Notes under the pieces: model-generated
What the model saw: only the letters and a program-made list of their open reading frames with translations
Databases searched by the model: none
What the model was told of the DNA's origin: nothing
Translations under genes and position numbers: made by a program
Source: a bacterium
Lineage (GTDB): Bacteria; SZUA-182; DTGQ01; JAFGSM01
DNA length: 42,496 nt
Assembly: GCA_049472335.1 (NCBI GenBank)
Contig: JBLIRO010000043.1
Location: forward strand, 1-42,496
Reading direction: 5' to 3'
Part shown: piece by piece, positions 37,868 to 42,496 of the stretch
Numbering within the stretch: the stretch's first letter is position 1
Layout: each line of letters begins with the position of its first letter

Positions 37868-40060
37868 ATGTTTTTCCAGAAAAAAAGTATTTTTATCTGG
37901 TCCGTAATTATGATTTTTATTTCTGCAGGATCAATACCTATTGCTTACGGCATGTCCCGCCCTAAGAAAAACCTGAACATCATCCTTATCACAATCGATA
38001 CCTTAAGGGCCGATCATTTGGCTTGCTATGGATATGATTCGATCAAAACACCACATATTGATGGATTGGCAAAGGATGGTATTTTATTTTCAAATGCGTA
38101 TTCATCATCACCTCTTACCTTTCCATCTCACACAAGTATTATGACGAGTCAGTATCCCATTCAACATGGGGTTCAAAATAACGGCACTTTCATACTCCAG
38201 GATTCTGCAAACACCCTGGCTGAAATCTTAAAAAACAGGAATTATAAGACAGGCGCAATTGTTTCCTCATATGTTTTGGCCTCGCATTTCGGGCTGAATC
38301 AGGGATTTGATTCCTATGACGATTATTTTTTTCAAAAAAAGGGAGATGTACAGGATCATACTCAAAACGAGAGAATCGGTGAAAAGGTAACTGATATAGC
38401 TAAAAAGTGGCTTCAAAAAAACCATAAAAAGCCTTTTTTCTTGTGGGCACATTATTTTGATCCTCACTCATTATACAATCCGCCTTCACCATTTGATAAT
38501 CTTTACAAAGAAAGGCCTTATGATGGAGAAATCGCTTACACTGATCAATGCCTGGGTGTGCTTTTAGATGAAATCGACAAATTATCCCTTTCAAAAAATA
38601 CCTGCATTATATTAGTGGGTGATCATGGAGAAGGACTTTGGGATCACAATGAGCAGACACACGGACTTTTTATTTACAATACGACCTTGCATGTTCCTTT
38701 AATTATAAGCTGTCCGGAGCATTCTCAAAAAGGCATAAAGGTTGCCTCACTGGTTAACACGATAGATATCATGCCTACAATCCTGGAACTTTTAAGTATT
38801 GATGCTGAGGGATTGCTTATTCAGGGCTCCAGCCTTGTGCACTTTCTTAAAGGTGAAGACAAAGACATGAAGATAGATCTCTACTGTGAGTCCCAGTATC
38901 CCAAATTGAATTTAAATTGGGCGCCCCTGGAGGGTATTTTGACATTCGAAGGATGGAAATATATCTATGCACCAAAATCTGAATTATACAATCTGAAGGA
39001 AGATCCTAAGGAACTGAAAAATCTTTTCTCAATAAATCCTCAAAAGGCAAAATCCTTACATGAGAGATTTCTGAGTTTAAAAAAGGATTTGATTAAAAAG
39101 GCTCAAGCCGTTGAAAATGCAAAATCGGTTACGCTTTCAAATGAAGCAAGAGAAAGACTGATGAGTCTGGGATATATTAGCTACAGTGGTTCCAATGATG
39201 ACACATCAGCAGGAAAAGCCGATCATGAACTCCCTGACCCAAAGGACAAAGCACACCTGCTCGTTATGATAGATGAGGCTCGTGGTTTTGAAGAAAAGGG
39301 GCAGATTGAACAATCCCTTCAGAAATATGAAGAGGTCCTGAAGCAAGACCCTGAGAATAAAATGGCCCTTTTTCCTGCCGGCTTGATTTATGCGAACACA
39401 GGGAGGCCGGAGAAGGCTGTGCATATTTTTCAAAAACTGGCTGAGCTTGATCCGCAAAATTATGATACCAAAAATAGCCTTGGCCTGACTTATGATTTTT
39501 TGGGTATGCCGGAGAAAGCCATTAAGGAATATAAAGAAGCGCTGGAGATCAATCCTAAGGTTGCCTATATTCATTATAATCTAGGAAATGCATATCTAAA
39601 AATAAATGAATTGGATTTAGGTGTTAAAGAGTTTCAGAAAATGAGATCCCTTTCCCAGGATCCCGTTGTATTGTCTATGGCCATTGGGAATTTGGGAGGT
39701 ATTCAACTCAGAAAAAGAAATTTAAAAAAGGCACTTAAAAGATTTAAGGAATCTATCGAGCTTAATCCGATTAATCGGGATGCACATATCAGCCTTGCCG
39801 ATACTTATTATTTTCTTGGGGAGATAGATAATTCCATTAATGAATGGAAAACCATTGTCGAACTCTGGCCCGATGATTATATCGCCTGCTATAAATTAGC
39901 ACAATTACTTCTGGATGCCAGCAAATCGGAGCAGGCGATTACGTACCTGAAAAAGTGCCTCCAATTACATCCTGACTATATCGATGCCAGAATCTTACTT
40001 CAGCAGATATATACTGGGATCTCACACAATCTGGTTTTAAAGACAAGAGTTTATGGATAA
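37868..40060 (+). CDS. Exported alkaline-phosphatase-superfamily (sulfatase-like) enzyme with C-terminal TPR array
   Basis: NIILITIDTLRADHL, PLTFPSHTSIMT, HYFDPH, YDGEIAYTD, GDHGE, RLMSLGYI followed by TPRs; start ATG 37868 with AAGGAG RBS. Confidence 0.9.
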   Translation: MFFQKKSIFIWSVIMIFISAGSIPIAYGMSRPKKNLNIILITIDTLRADHLACYGYDSIKTPHIDGLAKDGILFSNAYSSSPLTFPSHTSIMTSQYPIQHGVQNNGTFILQDSANTLAEILKNRNYKTGAIVSSYVLASHFGLNQGFDSYDDYFFQKKGDVQDHTQNERIGEKVTDIAKKWLQKNHKKPFFLWAHYFDPHSLYNPPSPFDNLYKERPYDGEIAYTDQCLGVLLDEIDKLSLSKNTCIILVGDHGEGLWDHNEQTHGLFIYNTTLHVPLIISCPEHSQKGIKVASLVNTIDIMPTILELLSIDAEGLLIQGSSLVHFLKGEDKDMKIDLYCESQYPKLNLNWAPLEGILTFEGWKYIYAPKSELYNLKEDPKELKNLFSINPQKAKSLHERFLSLKKDLIKKAQAVENAKSVTLSNEARERLMSLGYISYSGSNDDTSAGKADHELPDPKDKAHLLVMIDEARGFEEKGQIEQSLQKYEEVLKQDPENKMALFPAGLIYANTGRPEKAVHIFQKLAELDPQNYDTKNSLGLTYDFLGMPEKAIKEYKEALEINPKVAYIHYNLGNAYLKINELDLGVKEFQKMRSLSQDPVVLSMAIGNLGGIQLRKRNLKKALKRFKESIELNPINRDAHISLADTYYFLGEIDNSINEWKTIVELWPDDYIACYKLAQLLLDASKSEQAITYLKKCLQLHPDYIDARILLQQIYTGISHNLVLKTRVYG

Positions 40061-40149
40061 TTGTCCCGGTTAATGGATTTGAATTTCAATATCATTAAGT
40101 TAAGGCTTTAATAATGAATTCGTAAAAGGTTGTTTTGGAGTCTTTAGGG

Positions 40150-40196
40150 AAAAATAAGCCTGCATAGTTTCTAATAAACCATGCAGGCTTATTTTT
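40150..40196. terminator. Bidirectional intrinsic terminator between convergent genes
   Basis: AAAAATAAGCCTGCAT...ATGCAGGCTTATTTTT, a perfect 16-bp inverted repeat. Confidence 0.88.
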
Positions 40197-40201
40197 ATCA
40201 A

Positions 40202-40274
40202 CGGCCAAATAAATGATTAAAATAAACCGTCATGACCTACACAAAAAGTTTAAATCGGATCATTTTTGTGGCCG
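40202..40274 (-). other. Long 3'-UTR stem-loop, copy 2
   Basis: CGGCCA-AATAAATGAT / ATCATTTTTG-TGGCCG; homologous to 32556-32624. Confidence 0.7.
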
Positions 40275-40288
40275 GAACATAACATGCT

Positions 40289-42496
40289 TTAAAACAGGTT
40301 AAACCAGTCTTCAAATTCAAAAATTAATCCGGTCTGGGACGGATATTTTATCCCGTTTTTAAATAATCCTCCGAGTCCGGGTTTGTTGTCGTGCCCAAAC
40401 GGATTTTTAAAATTTAATTCATTCCGGTTTTGCCCTTTTAGCTTATACTCATTAAGTTTAAATAGCATATAACAATCTTCCAGTTCGGATATAAATTCAT
40501 TCAAGAATATTGACAAGCTAGTATTCTGTCCAAATCCGGAAAGTCTTTCTGATAAAAACCAGTACGGAGAGCTATATTGGGTCAATGGATTGAACCATCC
40601 ATAATGGTTGCCAATGTACCAGCCAAAATGATTACCCGGGGTATCCGTATTGCCCGCTACGATCTCAAAGGCATCGGGTTTGGTAAAGATTATTGTCTGT
40701 CCGTCCGAACCCTGGAATATAACCGAGACATCATACTTCCCTATTGTTTTGTTGGCTGGTATATCAAATAAGGCATTTATCTTCAGTCCCTCGAGAGCTA
40801 TGTCACTCCCCTCCAGTGAGCCGATCTTTACGCTTAATAAATCCAATTCAGGAAGGAACATAGTCATCTCTTCAATCAAGGTGATTGTAACCTTTACATC
40901 ATCACCCTTCTTGCCGGAAGACGGAGAAACCTTTGCGATTACTCCGATGTCCTCATCCACCAATCCGTCGCAGTCGTTGTCTATACCATCATAAACCTCG
41001 GCAGCCCCCGGGTTGACAGCCTGATTGTCATCAGCGCAGTCCCCTTCTCCGGGTGAGTATCCATCTGCATCATTGTCTAAATAATTTTCCTCATTTGGAG
41101 TCGGTAAATTGAGCATCATGAATCCGCCCGTGCCGTTAGGATATCTTCCAAGAGACACATCTGTCTCTTGATTACCGAATTCCACGGAATCAAGAAGTGC
41201 ATTTCCATGCTCTGCCTTATCCACTAATAATACTATTTCACCTGAAGCCGAAAGCTTGAAATTGGCATGCAGACCAGGTTCATCACCGCCATCTTCGTCG
41301 GCCCAAACTATCAGGTAGGCTCCAGGGGCAAGTATAGTGCCCTCCGGTATTTCCCACTTTAGCGGATTATCTTCATTATCGCTCAGATACATTCCAGAAA
41401 GGTCTATCTCCTGACCGCTGATATTTAAGAGCTCAATCCAGTCATCAAAATCTCCCTGGGGGTCCTGAATGGTTGTCTTATTGCTTGCCATAAGCTCATT
41501 GATGACAACAGGTGTGTAATCAGCAACGGGCATATAGACCCTGTATGAGAAGATATAATCTTCAGCATTGTAAGGCGCAAAGGAGTTGCCTTCACCGTCA
41601 TCGGCAGTCCTGACTTCGACATAATACCGAACTAAACTGCCGGCAGGGAATGGGGGTATTTCTGCAACCAAAATTTCACCATCATCCGGATTACCATTAA
41701 CGTCGGCAAAGAACATTGAAACACACTCAAATGGACCTTTGCCTGCTGTGTAATAAAGTATTCCCTGCTCAATGTCAGAACCTGCCTGAACAGTTGCGAT
41801 TATCCATACAGGCTGTCCAGGAATAACCGAATTATTGTCTGATAAAGTGACCTCGCGGACAACCGAAGAAATCTCAGGTGTCGGCTTGCTTATCTCAGGA
41901 TAGTTGAGCAGATAATTGCACCGGTTATTGACAAAATTCTCAATATCTGTGAAGCTGGCTTCAAATGCGCTATAGGAATACAGCTTCTTTGTGTCCCCCT
42001 GCACCTCATCCGCTATCAGAGCCCGATAGGCCTCGACTTGCGGTGCAAGGACATCCCAATTAAGAGATTCCTCTACAATGGTCCTTATATGCGTCAGGTA
42101 ACGCTCGCGGAATTGTGGGACAGCCATGAGCCGGCTTATCAAGGGACGTGACGCAGCACCCTCTCCTTCAAAGGGGCTCTGATTGACAAAACGGCTGACA
42201 AAGGTCTCATTGCCGTCGTGCTGCAATGGGTGTATCTGTCCTGTTTTCGGATCATAATAGATCTGATAGTCCCACCCCTTTGTCAGATAGCTGTCCTCAT
42301 CTGTAAAGATGTTTTCCATTGCAAGAAACCATAGCCACCGGTCCACAGCCAGGACGCTGTCGGCAACCTCGAAACCACGGTCACAGGGAAGACAATGCGT
42401 ATAGTAGCCGTCGTCGGTCCAGGACATGGCTTCGTCGTCGATGATCCAATCACGAGCCTTCTCGTAAATCTTTTCCGTTTCCTCGAACTTCGGTTT
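40289..42496 (-). CDS. CotH-family kinase 2, 5' end missing: CotH C-terminal part, Ig-like, LTD, MopE-like metal-binding repeat, Ig-like, GNHxGW tail
   Basis: VDRWLWFLAMENIF.DEDSY..KG.DY..Y, PLQHDGNETF, RPLISRL; VVINELMASN..DWIEL; DNDADGY...DCADD...NPGAAEVYDGIDNDCDGLVDE; frame open to the window edge. Confidence 0.85.
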   Translation of the reverse strand, partial: KPKFEETEKIYEKARDWIIDDEAMSWTDDGYYTHCLPCDRGFEVADSVLAVDRWLWFLAMENIFTDEDSYLTKGWDYQIYYDPKTGQIHPLQHDGNETFVSRFVNQSPFEGEGAASRPLISRLMAVPQFRERYLTHIRTIVEESLNWDVLAPQVEAYRALIADEVQGDTKKLYSYSAFEASFTDIENFVNNRCNYLLNYPEISKPTPEISSVVREVTLSDNNSVIPGQPVWIIATVQAGSDIEQGILYYTAGKGPFECVSMFFADVNGNPDDGEILVAEIPPFPAGSLVRYYVEVRTADDGEGNSFAPYNAEDYIFSYRVYMPVADYTPVVINELMASNKTTIQDPQGDFDDWIELLNISGQEIDLSGMYLSDNEDNPLKWEIPEGTILAPGAYLIVWADEDGGDEPGLHANFKLSASGEIVLLVDKAEHGNALLDSVEFGNQETDVSLGRYPNGTGGFMMLNLPTPNEENYLDNDADGYSPGEGDCADDNQAVNPGAAEVYDGIDNDCDGLVDEDIGVIAKVSPSSGKKGDDVKVTITLIEEMTMFLPELDLLSVKIGSLEGSDIALEGLKINALFDIPANKTIGKYDVSVIFQGSDGQTIIFTKPDAFEIVAGNTDTPGNHFGWYIGNHYGWFNPLTQYSSPYWFLSERLSGFGQNTSLSIFLNEFISELEDCYMLFKLNEYKLKGQNRNELNFKNPFGHDNKPGLGGLFKNGIKYPSQTGLIFEFEDWFNLF

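Overview
Gene-dense window from a moderately AT-rich diderm bacterium (Tol-Pal, TonB-dependent receptor and porin present; lineage not determinable here). No mobile element, CRISPR array or RNA gene was seen. The left part (1-16 kb) is mostly housekeeping: carB (runs off the window), ptsP, carA, epmA, efp, cpoB-pal-tolB-tolA without tolQR, usp, a short DnaJ-domain gene, amrB and nagZ. Its oddity is a CarA whose glutaminase triad is substituted, with the nitrogen-sensing EI-Ntr gene inserted between carA and carB. The right part (16-42.5 kb) is a cell-surface/phosphate region: a TonB receptor-YfiR-two hybrid kinase module, an OprO/OprP porin, a VTC polyphosphate-polymerase-domain gene, DUF4956, an SdiA-regulated-type propeller, lamin-tail-domain proteins, two CotH kinases, UPF0182 and a Thr-nucleophile AlkP-superfamily/TPR enzyme. 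The intergenic DNA there carries six sigma54-like promoters, all with a non-canonical -12 element (TTGA/G/T instead of TTGC). It also carries eight copies of a palindrome CGACY-N4-RGTCG at enhancer distance, suggesting one regulon. Both CotH genes end in the same double-hairpin 3' cassette, and exported proteins are enriched in a DPN tripeptide. All calls come from motif recognition by eye; no searches were run.
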